NCBI GenBank assembly: GCA_902599605.1
Contig: CACKFV010000004.1
Span: 152-64,151 of the forward strand
DNA length: 64,000 bases
DNA from: an uncultured Pelagibacteraceae bacterium
GTDB lineage: Bacteria; Pseudomonadota; Alphaproteobacteria; Pelagibacterales; Pelagibacteraceae
Direction of reading: 5' to 3'
Part shown: positions 30,941 to 41,559 of the stretch, piece after piece
Layout of the letters: every line of letters begins with the position of its first letter
Numbering within the stretch: position 1 is the stretch's first letter
Notes under the pieces: generated by a model
The model's database searches: none
Told to the model about the DNA's origin: nothing
Seen by the model: the letters and a program-made list of their open reading frames with translations, nothing else
Made by a program: the position numbers and the translations under genes

Positions 30941-31410
30941 AGATATTTGACGTCTTCAATTTCAAAATTTTTTTCACCAGAAGGAGTTTTTATTTCAACT
31001 AAATCGTTTTTATTTTTTCCTATTAAACCTTTTCCTATTGGTGATTGAAAAAAAATTAAGTTTTTTTTAAGATCAGCCTCGTCTTTGCCAACAATTCTAT
31101 ATGTTAATTTTTCGTTCGAGTCTAAATCTTTTAAGTAAACAGTCGAACCAAATATTACCTTTCCAAGATTTTCTATTTTAGTCACGTCAATAACATTCGC
31201 TCTTGCAATAATATCTTCAATTTGTTGAATACGACCTTCGTTATGTGACTGCTGTTCTTTTGCTGCGTGATATTCAGCATTTTCTTTTAAATCACCATGT
31301 GATCTAGCTTCTGAAATAGCAGATACTATTTCTGGCCTTTTTTTTTCTTTTAAAAAAACTAATTCCTCTTTAAGTTTAGTTAGTCCGTTAACTGTTATTG
31401 GTTCTTTCAT
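30937..31410 (-). CDS. greA: Transcription elongation factor GreA
   Basis: [28 protein letters not shown]. Confidence 0.97.
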   Translation of the reverse strand: MKEPITVNGLTKLKEELVFLKEKKRPEIVSAISEARSHGDLKENAEYHAAKEQQSHNEGRIQQIEDIIARANVIDVTKIENLGKVIFGSTVYLKDLDSNEKLTYRIVGKDEADLKKNLIFFQSPIGKGLIGKNKNDLVEIKTPSGEKNFEIEDVKYL

Positions 31411-31418
31411 AAGTTAAT

Positions 31419-32246
31419 TTATTCCCAATTAGCTGTAGGAGGTAAAGACATCAAAATAGCTTCGACATTTCCTCCTGTTTGTAATCCAAATTTTGTACCT
31501 CTATCATGTAGCAAATTAAATTCAACGTACCTACCTCTTTTTTTATTTTGGATTAGTTTGTCCTTTTTTTTCCATCTTTTTTTAAATTTCTTTGCAATTA
31601 TTTCTTTAAATAAATATGAAAAAGTTATACCTACGTCTCTTACAAAAGCAAAATCTCTATCCCAATTTTCTTTCTTATAATCAAAAAATATTCCCCCAAT
31701 TCCTCTAGGTTCATTTCTATGATGTAAATAAAAATAATCATCACACCATTTTTTATATTTTTTATAATAATTTTTGCCATGTTTGTTACACATCATTTTT
31801 AATTTTTTCTCAACAATTTTTTCTAGCGCTGAGTCTTTAAAGCAGGGTGTAAAATCCATCCCTCCACCAAACCATCCATGATCAGTAATTATGTATCTCG
31901 TATTAAAATGCATTGCTGGGATATAAGGATTTTTCATATGCATTACAATTGATATTCCCGATGCCCAAAAATTTTTACTGTTATTAAATCTAGGTATTTT
32001 TTTTTTAAATTCATTTGAAAAATTTCCATATACCTCAGAAAAATTTACACCTACTTTCTCAAAAACATTTCCGTTTTTAAGAAGCTTTGATTTTCCACCG
32101 CCTTCATCTTTTGTTTCGCTTCTAGACCATACATTTGTTTTAAAATATGAAGATCCATTTTCAATATTCTCAATTTCGTGACAAATTAATTCTTGAATTG
32201 TTAAAAACCAATTTCGCGCTAACTTTTTTCTAATATTTTTTTCCAT
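31419..32246 (-). CDS. hemF: Oxygen-dependent coproporphyrinogen III oxidase
   Basis: FEKVGVNFS, HMKNP..PAMHFNTR, WFGGG.D.TP, RGIGGIFFD, RGRYVEFNL..DRGT.FGL. Confidence 0.96.
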   Translation of the reverse strand: MEKNIRKKLARNWFLTIQELICHEIENIENGSSYFKTNVWSRSETKDEGGGKSKLLKNGNVFEKVGVNFSEVYGNFSNEFKKKIPRFNNSKNFWASGISIVMHMKNPYIPAMHFNTRYIITDHGWFGGGMDFTPCFKDSALEKIVEKKLKMMCNKHGKNYYKKYKKWCDDYFYLHHRNEPRGIGGIFFDYKKENWDRDFAFVRDVGITFSYLFKEIIAKKFKKRWKKKDKLIQNKKRGRYVEFNLLHDRGTKFGLQTGGNVEAILMSLPPTANWE

Positions 32247-32258
32247 AGATTAATTTGA

Positions 32259-32717
32259 TTATAATATTAATTTTGACACCACCATAGATACAGTGGTCGA
32301 TAAGTTTAGTGATCTTTTTTTTTTAAGAATAGGTATTTTTATTCTTTTATCTACCTTATGATGAATATTTTTTGGTACACCCATACTTTCTCTACCAAAT
32401 AAAAAAGTATCATTTTTTTTTATTTTAAATAATTTGAACGAATCTTTAGCTTTTGTAGTCATGAGTACTACTCTTGAGTTTTTCTTTGATTCAAAAAATT
32501 GATCTGAATTCTCGTAAATTTTAATCATTTTTTCATCTAAATAGTCCATTACCACTCTTCTAAAACGCTTGTCATGAAAAGTGAAGCCACATGGTTCAAT
32601 AATCTCCAATTTTACACCCAAACATGAGCAAGTTCTTATTATGGATGCAGTATTTTGAGGAATGTCAGGCTGATAGAGAGCAATTTTAGCTGTTAATTTT
32701 GGGTTATTATGTGTCAT
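32259..32717 (-). CDS. trmL: tRNA (cytidine/uridine 34-2'-O)-methyltransferase TrmL
   Basis: LYQPDIPQNT, LFGRESMG, RSLNLS. Confidence 0.9.
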   Translation of the reverse strand: MTHNNPKLTAKIALYQPDIPQNTASIIRTCSCLGVKLEIIEPCGFTFHDKRFRRVVMDYLDEKMIKIYENSDQFFESKKNSRVVLMTTKAKDSFKLFKIKKNDTFLFGRESMGVPKNIHHKVDKRIKIPILKKKRSLNLSTTVSMVVSKLIL

Positions 32718-32782
32718 TCTTGCTATAGAAAAATTCCACTTTTATATTATATGAAATCATATAATAAATAAATTAAGTATTA

Positions 32783-33295
32783 ATGTCGGACAAAAAAAAA
32801 CCTAATAGAAGAGACTTTATTTTTACAGCTACTGCTGCCGTAGGAGCAGTTGGTGCAGGAGCTGCCGCGTGGCCTTTAATTGATCAAATGAATCCAGATG
32901 CCTCGGTTAAGGCTCTTGCTAGCACAGAAGTAGATGTAAGTAGTTTGCAGCCAGGTCAGTCAATTACTGTTTTATGGAGAGGCAAACCAGTGTTTATAAA
33001 GCGAAGAACAGAAAATGAAATTAGCGAAGCAAGAAACGTAAAAATTTCTGATTTGAAACATCCTGAAAAAGATGAGGATAGAGCGCAAAATCCGGAGTGG
33101 TTAGTTATGTTAGGAGTTTGCACTCACTTAGGATGTGTGCCATTAGCAGATAAAGGGGAATATGGTGGTTGGTTTTGCCCATGTCATGGTTCTCATTATG
33201 ATACAGCAGGAAGAATAAGAAAAGGTCCGGCCCCAACCAATTTAGAAATTCCAAAATACGAATTTGTAAATAGTAATACAATTAAGATAGGTTAA
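32783..33295 (+). CDS. petA: Ubiquinol-cytochrome c reductase Rieske subunit
   Basis: Tat [19 protein letters not shown]. Confidence 0.97.
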   Translation: MSDKKKPNRRDFIFTATAAVGAVGAGAAAWPLIDQMNPDASVKALASTEVDVSSLQPGQSITVLWRGKPVFIKRRTENEISEARNVKISDLKHPEKDEDRAQNPEWLVMLGVCTHLGCVPLADKGEYGGWFCPCHGSHYDTAGRIRKGPAPTNLEIPKYEFVNSNTIKIG

Positions 33296-33296
33296 A

Positions 33297-34565
33297 ATGA
33301 GCGATCACAATTACACTCCTTCATCAAAATTTGGAAAATGGTTTAATGATAGATTACCTTTGCTTACACTAGCAAATCATTTAACAGATTACCCGACACC
33401 TAAAAATTTAAACTATTGGTGGACGTTTGGGGGCATTTTAACATTTTGTTTAATTACTCAAATTATAACAGGTCTTGTTTTGGCTATGCATTACATAGCT
33501 CATGCAGACTTAGCTTTTAGTAGCGTTGAACACATTATGAGAGACGTAAACTATGGATGGCTTATAAGATATATTCATGCAAACGGAGCTTCAATGTTTT
33601 TCCTAGCAGTTTACATTCACATATTTAGATCTTTGTTTTATGGGTCTTATAAAGCCCCAAGAGAAATTATATGGATTTTGGGAATTATGATTTACTTATT
33701 AATGATGGCTGCAGCGTTTATGGGTTATGTATTACCTTGGGGACAAATGAGTTTTTGGGGAGCTACAGTTATTACTAATTTGTTTAGTGCTATTCCTTTA
33801 GTGGGCGAAAGTATAACAACATGGTTGTGGGGCGGTTACTCGGTTGACAATCCAACATTGACAAGATTTTTTACACTACACTATCTTATACCTTTTTTGA
33901 TTTTGGGTCTGGTTGTTTTACACATATGGGCACTTCATGTTCCAGGTAATAATAATCCAGTTGGTATAGATATTCAAAAGCCCTCAAAAGATACTGTGCC
34001 TTTCCATCCATACATAGTAATTAAAGATTTATTTGCATTACTTTTATTTATGATTGTATTTGCCTTCTTTGTATTTTACTCTCCAAACATTCTTGGACAT
34101 GCAGACAATTATATAGAAGCGAACCCGTTAGTAACCCCAGCTCATATTGTACCAGAGTGGTATTTGTTACCATTTTACGCAATCCTAAGATCAATTCCTG
34201 ATAAGCTTTTAGGAGTTGTTGCAATGTTATCAGCGATATTTATTTTAGCGGCATTACCGTGGTTAGACACTTCAAAAGTAAGGTCAGCAGTATTTAGACC
34301 TCTATATAAACAATTTTACTGGATACTTGTAATCGATGTTTTAATATTAGGTTATGTAGGAGCAATGCCTGCTGAGGGATTATATTTATTAATTGCAAGA
34401 GTAGCTACTACATATTACTTTTTACATTTTTTATTGATACTCCCAATTTTAGGTAAAATTGAAAAAACGACACCTTTACCTCTAAGTATTACTAGTCCAG
34501 TTTTAGGAGGATCGGCAGATCTCGCAATGGCAAAGAATACCGACATAAGAAAAGAGAAATTATAG
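33297..34565 (+). CDS. petB: Cytochrome b
   Basis: [29 protein letters not shown]. Confidence 0.98.
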   Translation: MSDHNYTPSSKFGKWFNDRLPLLTLANHLTDYPTPKNLNYWWTFGGILTFCLITQIITGLVLAMHYIAHADLAFSSVEHIMRDVNYGWLIRYIHANGASMFFLAVYIHIFRSLFYGSYKAPREIIWILGIMIYLLMMAAAFMGYVLPWGQMSFWGATVITNLFSAIPLVGESITTWLWGGYSVDNPTLTRFFTLHYLIPFLILGLVVLHIWALHVPGNNNPVGIDIQKPSKDTVPFHPYIVIKDLFALLLFMIVFAFFVFYSPNILGHADNYIEANPLVTPAHIVPEWYLLPFYAILRSIPDKLLGVVAMLSAIFILAALPWLDTSKVRSAVFRPLYKQFYWILVIDVLILGYVGAMPAEGLYLLIARVATTYYFLHFLLILPILGKIEKTTPLPLSITSPVLGGSADLAMAKNTDIRKEKL

Positions 34566-35347
34566 TGCAAAGAATATTTAAAATTCTTTTTTTTTTTATA
34601 GTTCTGAATACATATTTTGTAAGTTCAATATCAGCAGAAAATACAAGTAAATTGTTAACAACTGATTGGTCTTTCAAAGGTCCATTCGGTAAATTCGATA
34701 GAGCTTCCCTTCAAAGAGGCTACCAAGTTTACAATGAAGTCTGTGCTTCTTGTCACTCTTTAAAATACGTTTCATATAGAAATTTATCTGAAAAAGGCGG
34801 TCCAGAATTCTCTGTTAAAGAAGCAAAAGCCATCGCTGCAAGTTTTGAAATTACTGATGGCCCAAATCAAGACGGTGAAATGTTTACAAGACCAGCGAAA
34901 CTTTCTGATAAATTTGTGATGCCATACAGCAATGAAGAGGAGGCCAAATCTGCTAATGGAGGTGCCTATCCACCAGATATGTCTGTTTTAGTGAAGGCAA
35001 GAGCAGGCGGAGCAGATTATATATACTCAGTTTTACTAGGCTATGTAGACCCACCAGAAAATATAAAACTAGATGATGGGGTTTATTACAACAAATACAT
35101 GTATGGAAACAAAATTAAGATGCCTAAACAACTTTCTGATGGTCTTGTAGAATATTCTGACGGGACAAATGCGACTGAAGAACAAATGGCAAAAGATGTT
35201 ACAAGCTTTCTTATGTGGACTGCAGAACCTCATTTAGAGCAAAGGCACAAAACAGGATTTAGAGCAATTGTTTATTTAATCATACTTACTGTGCTAGTCT
35301 ATTTTAGTATGAAAAAAATATGGTCAAGAGTTGAAACGAATGTTTAA
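34565..35347 (+). CDS. petC: Cytochrome c1
   Basis: LQRGYQVY, CASCH, PPDMS, C-terminal TM anchor; GTG start. Confidence 0.96.
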   Translation: MQRIFKILFFFIVLNTYFVSSISAENTSKLLTTDWSFKGPFGKFDRASLQRGYQVYNEVCASCHSLKYVSYRNLSEKGGPEFSVKEAKAIAASFEITDGPNQDGEMFTRPAKLSDKFVMPYSNEEEAKSANGGAYPPDMSVLVKARAGGADYIYSVLLGYVDPPENIKLDDGVYYNKYMYGNKIKMPKQLSDGLVEYSDGTNATEEQMAKDVTSFLMWTAEPHLEQRHKTGFRAIVYLIILTVLVYFSMKKIWSRVETNV

Positions 35348-36397
35348 AATATCACCGTCTTTTACAATATAATCCTTTCCCTCTAACCTCATTTTACCAT
35401 TATTTTTAGAATTGACCCAACCATCATTATCTAAGAAATCATCATACGAAATAGTTTCCGCTCTAATAAAACCTTTTTCAAAATCTGTATGAATTTTTCC
35501 TGCAGCAGTGGGCGCTAAACTATTTTTTTCAATTGTCCAAGCTCTACTTTCTTCAGGGCCTGACGTAAAAAAAGTATTTAATTCTAACAATTTATAACCT
35601 TTATTAATTAGGTTATTTAAACCTGTTGTTTTAATTCCCATAACTTTCATAAAATTTTCTTTTTCATCATTATTTAATTGATTAATTTGGTTTTCGATAT
35701 CAGCTGATATAATTAAAATATTTTCCATATTTACAGATTTTTTTACTTGTTCAGTATATCTATTACCATTTTGTATACTGTCTTCATCAACATTGCATAC
35801 GTATAACTTTGGTTTTAATGAGAGAAGACCAGAAGAGGCTATCTCATTTTTATCGAAATTCTGCTTTAAGTTATCAACTGGCTTATCATTATTAATTAAT
35901 TCTAATGCTTGATTAAGTAATTCAAATTCTTTTTCATTTAAATTTTTTTTATTTTTTTTATCAATTCTTTTTTGAATTGACTCTAAATCTGCTAATTTCA
36001 TTTCAGTCTCTATAATTTCTAAATCTCTAATTGGATCAACGTTAGGATTAACGTTTTGAATATCAGTTGAGTCGAAACATCTTAAAAGATGTATAATCGC
36101 ATCAACTTCTCTTATATGGGATAAAAATTTATTTCCTAAACCTTCACCTTTCGAGGCTCCTTTTACTAGTCCTGCGATGTCCACAAAAGTAATACTTGTA
36201 TAAATTTTTTTTTTGGATTTTGAAATCTGAACAAGTTTATCGAGCCTTGTGTCTACAACAGGCACCATGCCAACATTAGGTTCAATTGTGCAAAAAGGAA
36301 AATTTCCAGAAAGTGCTTTGGTAGAATTTGTTAATGCGTTAAATAAAGTTGATTTTCCAACATTAGGCAAACCTACGATACCGCATTTAAAACCCAT
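35324..36397 (-). CDS. ychF: Ribosome-binding ATPase YchF
   Basis: GIVGLPNVGKST, FCTIEPN, DIAGLVKGASKGEGLGN, IHTDFEKGFIRAE. Confidence 0.97.
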   Translation of the reverse strand: MGFKCGIVGLPNVGKSTLFNALTNSTKALSGNFPFCTIEPNVGMVPVVDTRLDKLVQISKSKKKIYTSITFVDIAGLVKGASKGEGLGNKFLSHIREVDAIIHLLRCFDSTDIQNVNPNVDPIRDLEIIETEMKLADLESIQKRIDKKNKKNLNEKEFELLNQALELINNDKPVDNLKQNFDKNEIASSGLLSLKPKLYVCNVDEDSIQNGNRYTEQVKKSVNMENILIISADIENQINQLNNDEKENFMKVMGIKTTGLNNLINKGYKLLELNTFFTSGPEESRAWTIEKNSLAPTAAGKIHTDFEKGFIRAETISYDDFLDNDGWVNSKNNGKMRLEGKDYIVKDGDILNIRFNS

Positions 36398-36401
36398 TTA
36401 A

Positions 36402-36962
36402 TTATTTATTGTTTACGGTACTTGAAAATAAGTCCAGTTTTTTTTCAATGAGAATTGATAAATTATCTGTGATATTTTCTTTTATTGATTCAAGTTCTGT
36501 TTTTTCATCTTCGTCAAAATCTTTCAGGACGTGGTCATTTACTGCTATGTTATTTTTTGGTTTGCCAATACCAATTCGAACTCTTGAATATTCTTTTCCT
36601 ATAAACTTATCAATTGAGGCAATACCATTATGACCTGCATCTGATCCCCCAAATTTTGCTTTAACTTTTCCAAAATCAATATCTAAATCATCATGGAAAA
36701 CAATTACATCCTCCGCATCAATTTTAAAGTACTCCATTAATTCTCTGATACATATTCCTGAATTATTCATAAAGGTTAGAGGTTTTATTGCATAAACTTT
36801 TTTATTATTGATACTTCCAGTTGTAAGAAGTCCTTTAAATTTTGGTTTTTGTTTTGATAATTTAAATTTATTATTTATTGCATCAATAATTTTAAAACCG
36901 ATGTTATGTCTATTATTTTCAGAATTCGGTGTAGGATTTCCTAGTCCAACAAAAAGTAACAT
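36402..36962 (-). CDS. pth: Peptidyl-tRNA hydrolase
   Basis: VGLGNP, RHNIGF, TFMNNSG, HDDLD, GHNG, RIGIG. Confidence 0.97.
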   Translation of the reverse strand: MLLFVGLGNPTPNSENNRHNIGFKIIDAINNKFKLSKQKPKFKGLLTTGSINNKKVYAIKPLTFMNNSGICIRELMEYFKIDAEDVIVFHDDLDIDFGKVKAKFGGSDAGHNGIASIDKFIGKEYSRVRIGIGKPKNNIAVNDHVLKDFDEDEKTELESIKENITDNLSILIEKKLDLFSSTVNNK

Positions 36963-36989
36963 TATTTAATTAAATTCTTCAATTGTAAA

Positions 36990-37730
36990 TTATTTTTTTT
37001 CAGGCTGACCTTTTTTTGGGTCCTCTTTTTTATCAGCTTCTTTTTTCTCACCCTCAGCCCCTTTAGCATCTTTTGCATCACCAGTTTCTGCAGCTCCTTC
37101 ACCAGTTGCAGCAGCTGCCTCCGCACCTTCTGCTCCTTCTTCTGTCTCTGCTGGTTTTTCCGGTTCTTTAATAACTGTTGGTGCTGCTACAGTTGCGATC
37201 ACAAAGTCTCTACCACGAATAGTTGGTTCAACATTTTCAGGAAGTTTAATTGAAGAAATTTTAAAAGAATGTCCTATATCAACTCCATCTAAATCAACAA
37301 CAAGTTCACTTGGAATATTTTCAGATGGACATTTAAGCTCAACTTTTCTACGAACTATATTTAATACACCACCTCTTTTCAAACCAGGAGATTTTTCTGT
37401 ATTAATAAAATTTACGGGTATTTCAATTATGACGCTTGAACCTTTTACGATTCTTAAAAAGTCAATATGGATTGGATCATCAGTTAATATATCGTAAGAA
37501 ATTTCTTTAGGTAAAACATTTTCATCTTTGCCATCAATTTTCAAATTTAATATACTTGATAAAAAGTTCTCTTTCTCAATAAGATTTTTCAATAATTTTT
37601 TTGAAATAGATATTTTTTGAGTTTCAGATTTTCCACCATAGACTATACCAGGAACATTACCTTCTGATCTAAGTTTATTTACTTCACCAGAAGTTTTAGT
37701 ATTTCTTAAACTTGCATCAATCGTATTCAT
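36990..37730 (-). CDS. rplY: 50S ribosomal protein L25/Ctc
   Basis: LR..G.VPGIVYG, HIDF, PGLKRGG, low-complexity acidic/Ala/Lys C-terminal tail. Confidence 0.95.
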   Translation of the reverse strand: MNTIDASLRNTKTSGEVNKLRSEGNVPGIVYGGKSETQKISISKKLLKNLIEKENFLSSILNLKIDGKDENVLPKEISYDILTDDPIHIDFLRIVKGSSVIIEIPVNFINTEKSPGLKRGGVLNIVRRKVELKCPSENIPSELVVDLDGVDIGHSFKISSIKLPENVEPTIRGRDFVIATVAAPTVIKEPEKPAETEEGAEGAEAAAATGEGAAETGDAKDAKGAEGEKKEADKKEDPKKGQPEKK

Positions 37731-37775
37731 AGAGAAAAAGCGTTTTAACTCAAGTTAGTTAATAAAACAAGTAAA

Positions 37776-38708
37776 TTATTTAAACAAAAATGAAACAGAT
37801 GTAGAATTTGATATTCTTCTAATTGCTTCACCCATTAAGTTAGATATTGACAAAATTTCAATATTTTTTGCTGATCTTACTTTATTCTCATTATTAATTG
37901 TGTCTGTAATAACAAGTTTTTTGATTGGAGAATTTTTAATAGCTTTCACAGCATCCCCACTTAAAACACCGTGAGTAATATAAACATAAACGTCTTTTGC
38001 ACCTCTTTGTTTAAGAGCCTTAGCAGCATTTATGATTGTTCCACCAGAGTCAATTATGTCATCATTTATTATGCAAGTTTTTCCTTTCACGTCTCCAATT
38101 ACATTCATGACTTGAGATTGACCAGGCTTTGGTCTTCTTTTGTCAATAATTGCAAGTCCTACATTTAAATTTCTTCCTAGGGCTCTTGTTCGTTCAACTC
38201 CTCCGACGTCAGGCGCAACACAAATTATATTTTTACTTTTAATTTTTTTCTTAATATGTCTTGCAAATAACGGTGTTGTAAAAAGGTTATCTACCGGAAT
38301 ATCAAAAAAACCTTGAATTTGACCAGCATGCAAATCTACAGTGACAACTCTATCAGCCCCTGCTTTTGTAATTAAATTTGAAACTAGTTTTGCAGAAATT
38401 GAAGTTCTAGGCACCACTTTTCTATCTTGTCTTGCGTAACCAAAATAAGGAATCACTGCCGTGATATTTTTAGCAGATGACCTTTTAAGAGCATCTATGC
38501 AAAGCAACATCTCCATTAAATTGTCATTTGCTGGGGACGATACTGACTGAATGAAAAAAATATTATTACCTCTTATATTTTCATTTATCTCTACATAAAT
38601 TTCACCGTCTTTAAATTTCCTTATATTAGAATTTACAAGTTTTTCTTTAAGATATTTTGCAATTTTCGAACTGAGATTTTTATTGCTGTTCCCTGTGAGA
38701 AGTTTCAT
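37776..38708 (-). CDS. prs: Ribose-phosphate pyrophosphokinase
   Basis: FKDGE, PYFGYARQDR, DLHAGQIQGFF, PDVGG, DDIIDSGGT. Confidence 0.97.
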   Translation of the reverse strand: MKLLTGNSNKNLSSKIAKYLKEKLVNSNIRKFKDGEIYVEINENIRGNNIFFIQSVSSPANDNLMEMLLCIDALKRSSAKNITAVIPYFGYARQDRKVVPRTSISAKLVSNLITKAGADRVVTVDLHAGQIQGFFDIPVDNLFTTPLFARHIKKKIKSKNIICVAPDVGGVERTRALGRNLNVGLAIIDKRRPKPGQSQVMNVIGDVKGKTCIINDDIIDSGGTIINAAKALKQRGAKDVYVYITHGVLSGDAVKAIKNSPIKKLVITDTINNENKVRSAKNIEILSISNLMGEAIRRISNSTSVSFLFK

Positions 38709-38722
38709 TTTTTAGAAAAAGG

Positions 38723-39478
38723 TTATTTAAGCATAATTATAGATATATTTCTACCATAATCGTTCTCTTTATTTTTTAAAGCTCTCCTAGCACTAAAGAA
38801 TTCACTACTATTTTTGAAAGTATCTTTGTTAATTATATCTATATTGTTAATCTTTAATGATCTTAACTGAGATTTGATAAATTCTTTCAAATTAAAAAAA
38901 ATTTTAGTTTTTTTTAAGTAAAAAAATTTACGATTTTGACTATTAAGGTTTAAAAATTTTCTCATAAAATTCCTTTTTACTTCATAGTTTTCCCTAAATA
39001 TTGATGGACCTATGACTGCAGAAATATTTTGGTTTTTAGAGCCTTTTTTAATCATAAATTTTATACACTTTTTTAGAATATTTTTAAAAGCACCCTTCCA
39101 GCCAACATGTATAGCTGCAATCATTGGCAATTTTTTGTCATAAATAAGAACTGGAGCACAATCAGCAGTTAAAATACCTAAAGCTAAATTTTTCTTTGTT
39201 GTAATCAAGCCATCTCCGATAAGTTTTTTTGAGGGTCTTTTAAGAATAAAGTGACATTTGTTACTATGTGTTTGTTTAAGCAATATTAGGTTTTTTGGAG
39301 AAACTTTAAACTTTTTTGAAACAATTTTTAAATTTTTTTTAACATTAGAAATTTTATCATTAGAACCAGGGCCACAATTTAAGGCACTATAAATTCCATT
39401 TGATACTCCTCCTTTTTTTCCAAAAAAACCATGTGAAACATTTTTAAACTTTACTAATTTTTTAGATTTTAATGTCAT
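38723..39478 (-). CDS. pgeF: PgeF/YfiH laccase-domain protein (purine nucleoside phosphorylase family)
   Basis: HGFF, QTHS, TADCAPV, HVGWKG, IGPSI, FSARR. Confidence 0.92.
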   Translation of the reverse strand: MTLKSKKLVKFKNVSHGFFGKKGGVSNGIYSALNCGPGSNDKISNVKKNLKIVSKKFKVSPKNLILLKQTHSNKCHFILKRPSKKLIGDGLITTKKNLALGILTADCAPVLIYDKKLPMIAAIHVGWKGAFKNILKKCIKFMIKKGSKNQNISAVIGPSIFRENYEVKRNFMRKFLNLNSQNRKFFYLKKTKIFFNLKEFIKSQLRSLKINNIDIINKDTFKNSSEFFSARRALKNKENDYGRNISIIMLK

Positions 39479-40511
39479 TAAATCCTGTCTTAAAATTATT
39501 ATCCTTCGTAGTTACGAACATTACTTTAAACAATTCACCCATCTCATCTTTGTGAGTTAGCCTTCTTATTCTTGTGTAAAGATCTGTTTTTTTTAGGAAA
39601 CTCATTTTTTTTGATAATATTTCAGCTCTTAAATCTATTCCCATGTTTTTTAAAAAACTTCCTTGATTAGTAATACCACCAACTTTTAATCCATTTAAAT
39701 TAACAATTTGTCTGATAAAGTTAAAATTTATATGATGAGTTATATCAATGTTTTGGTAGTCATCAAAAATATTTACTTTTTTATGATTTTTAATCCCTTG
39801 TAAACTATCGTACATTTTTTTGTCAGAGGTACCATAATCAATTAATAAAATACCCCCCGCAGAAGATTTGATTTTTTTACAAATACTTTTTAGATATTTG
39901 ACCATTAAAGGTGAAAATTCTATAAAATTTTGATTTTTATCGATCCCTTGATTAAAAATTTTCTCCATCTTTTTTTTAGTGACTTTTTTCTTCTCAAGAG
40001 AGAATTTTCCACTTTTATTTAATAATACATAATTTTCATACCAATCTTCGTTTATTTTAATAAACTGCTTTATTGGCAAAGCATCAAAAAATTCGTTGGC
40101 CAAAAATATAGTTGGAAAATTTGGTAATTTATCAAAATTATCCAACCACTTAACACTTTTTGAAAACTTTTTTTTTTGTAATTTTTTAAGAGACACGCTT
40201 TTTTCAAAAATAAAAAATTTGAATTTATCTTTTACAATTTCTAATTTATTTAATGTATTAATTAAGACTTCTATGAGCTCCCCATTTCCTGCCCCCAATT
40301 CTACTAAATTGATTTTTTCTGGTTTATTTAAATTTTCCCAAAATGATACAACCCAAATAGCAATCATTTCAGAAAAAAGTTTTGAAATTCCCGGAGATGT
40401 AATAAAATCTCCTCTTCGACCAAATTCCACTTTTCTTTGATAATAACCTTTATTTTTTTCATAAAGAGATTTATCAATAAAATTGTCTAATGATTGAGCC
40501 TTAGTGATCAT
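39462..40511 (-). CDS. SAM-dependent methyltransferase, MidA/NDUFAF7 family
   Basis: GYY, GDFITSP.IS..F.E, ELGAGNG, ANEFFDALP, IDYG, DITHHINF, MGELFKV. Confidence 0.9.
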   Translation of the reverse strand: MITKAQSLDNFIDKSLYEKNKGYYQRKVEFGRRGDFITSPGISKLFSEMIAIWVVSFWENLNKPEKINLVELGAGNGELIEVLINTLNKLEIVKDKFKFFIFEKSVSLKKLQKKKFSKSVKWLDNFDKLPNFPTIFLANEFFDALPIKQFIKINEDWYENYVLLNKSGKFSLEKKKVTKKKMEKIFNQGIDKNQNFIEFSPLMVKYLKSICKKIKSSAGGILLIDYGTSDKKMYDSLQGIKNHKKVNIFDDYQNIDITHHINFNFIRQIVNLNGLKVGGITNQGSFLKNMGIDLRAEILSKKMSFLKKTDLYTRIRRLTHKDEMGELFKVMFVTTKDNNFKTGFNDIKI

Positions 40512-41272
40512 TTTTTTACAAATTTAAAAAGTATTACTCCAGAAATAAAAAATGCAATTGATAACATTTGACCATATGTAAAAATATTCATTAAGATACC
40601 TAGATGAGCATCGGGCTCCCTTGTAAACTCAATTATAAATCTAAAAAGAGAATAAAAAATTAAAAATAGTGACGATATTACTCCAGGAATTTCTGAAAAT
40701 TTTTTCCAAAGGAAATTTAGAATTATGAACAAAACAATACCTTCAAAAAAACTTTCGTATAATTGCGAAGGATGTCTAAAAAGATTATCTACCTTATTAA
40801 AATTAACTGAAAAAATAAAATCAGTTTCTCTGCCGTAAAGCTCAGAATTTATAAAATTTGCAACCCTACCTAAAAAAATTCCTATCGGTGCCACAAGGGA
40901 CACCAAATCTGTATATCTAAAAAAATTTAAATTATATTTTTGAGTAAATATATAAGTGGCTAGGCAAACACCCAGCAAGCCACCATGGAAAGACATACCA
41001 CCTTGCCAAATAAAAAATATTTCAAAAGGATGACTTAAATAATAAAAAAAATTGTAAAAAATTACGTAACCTAGCCTACCGCCAATAATTACTCCTAAAA
41101 TTAGATAAGTGATAAAATCGTCGACTAAAGTTTTTTCCCTCAAATCTTTACTTAAGAAATTTTTGATATAAAACCAACCTATCAAAAAACCAAAAATATA
41201 TGCTAATGAATACCACCTTATTTGAAAGGATAAAAATTCAAACGCGACAGGATCTAGATTATTTACAAACAT
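40508..41272 (-). CDS. lgt: Prolipoprotein diacylglyceryl transferase
   Basis: IRWYSLAY, GGRLGYV, GGMSFHGG, GR.ANFIN.ELYGR, RHPSQLYE. Confidence 0.97.
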   Translation of the reverse strand: MFVNNLDPVAFEFLSFQIRWYSLAYIFGFLIGWFYIKNFLSKDLREKTLVDDFITYLILGVIIGGRLGYVIFYNFFYYLSHPFEIFFIWQGGMSFHGGLLGVCLATYIFTQKYNLNFFRYTDLVSLVAPIGIFLGRVANFINSELYGRETDFIFSVNFNKVDNLFRHPSQLYESFFEGIVLFIILNFLWKKFSEIPGVISSLFLIFYSLFRFIIEFTREPDAHLGILMNIFTYGQMLSIAFFISGVILFKFVKK

Positions 41273-41316
41273 TATAAAAATGAAATATAAGATATACTAT
41301 CGTAAAAAAAAAAAAT

Positions 41317-41559
41317 ATGTCAAAGTCTAAATTTATCATTGAAAAATTTGCAAAATTATTTGAACAAGGAATTATATCTTATAAAGATTTAAGCGAAGAA
41401 ATCTTGAATATTGTAAGATCTCAAAGGGATGAAATTGTTTTAAGAATGAAGATTTCTACAAAAGAGGAAACTGAGGTATTAAAGAAACGAATAGAAAAAT
41501 TAGAAAAGGAAATCAAAATTTTAAAGCCTAAAAAAATTAAAAAGGCAAAGAGATCTTAA
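41317..41559 (+). CDS. Small coiled-coil protein, probable UbiK/BMFP family
   Basis: 80 aa with ISTKEETEVLKKRIEKLE, resembling the LV.REEF...LE motif; divergent from lgt as in other alphaproteobacteria. Confidence 0.6.
   Translation: MSKSKFIIEKFAKLFEQGIISYKDLSEEILNIVRSQRDEIVLRMKISTKEETEVLKKRIEKLEKEIKILKPKKIKKAKRS

Noticed and set aside
37020-37170. GC-richer repetitive stretch in rplY
   Set aside because: It encodes the ordinary low-complexity Ala/Gly/Glu/Lys tail of Ctc-type L25.
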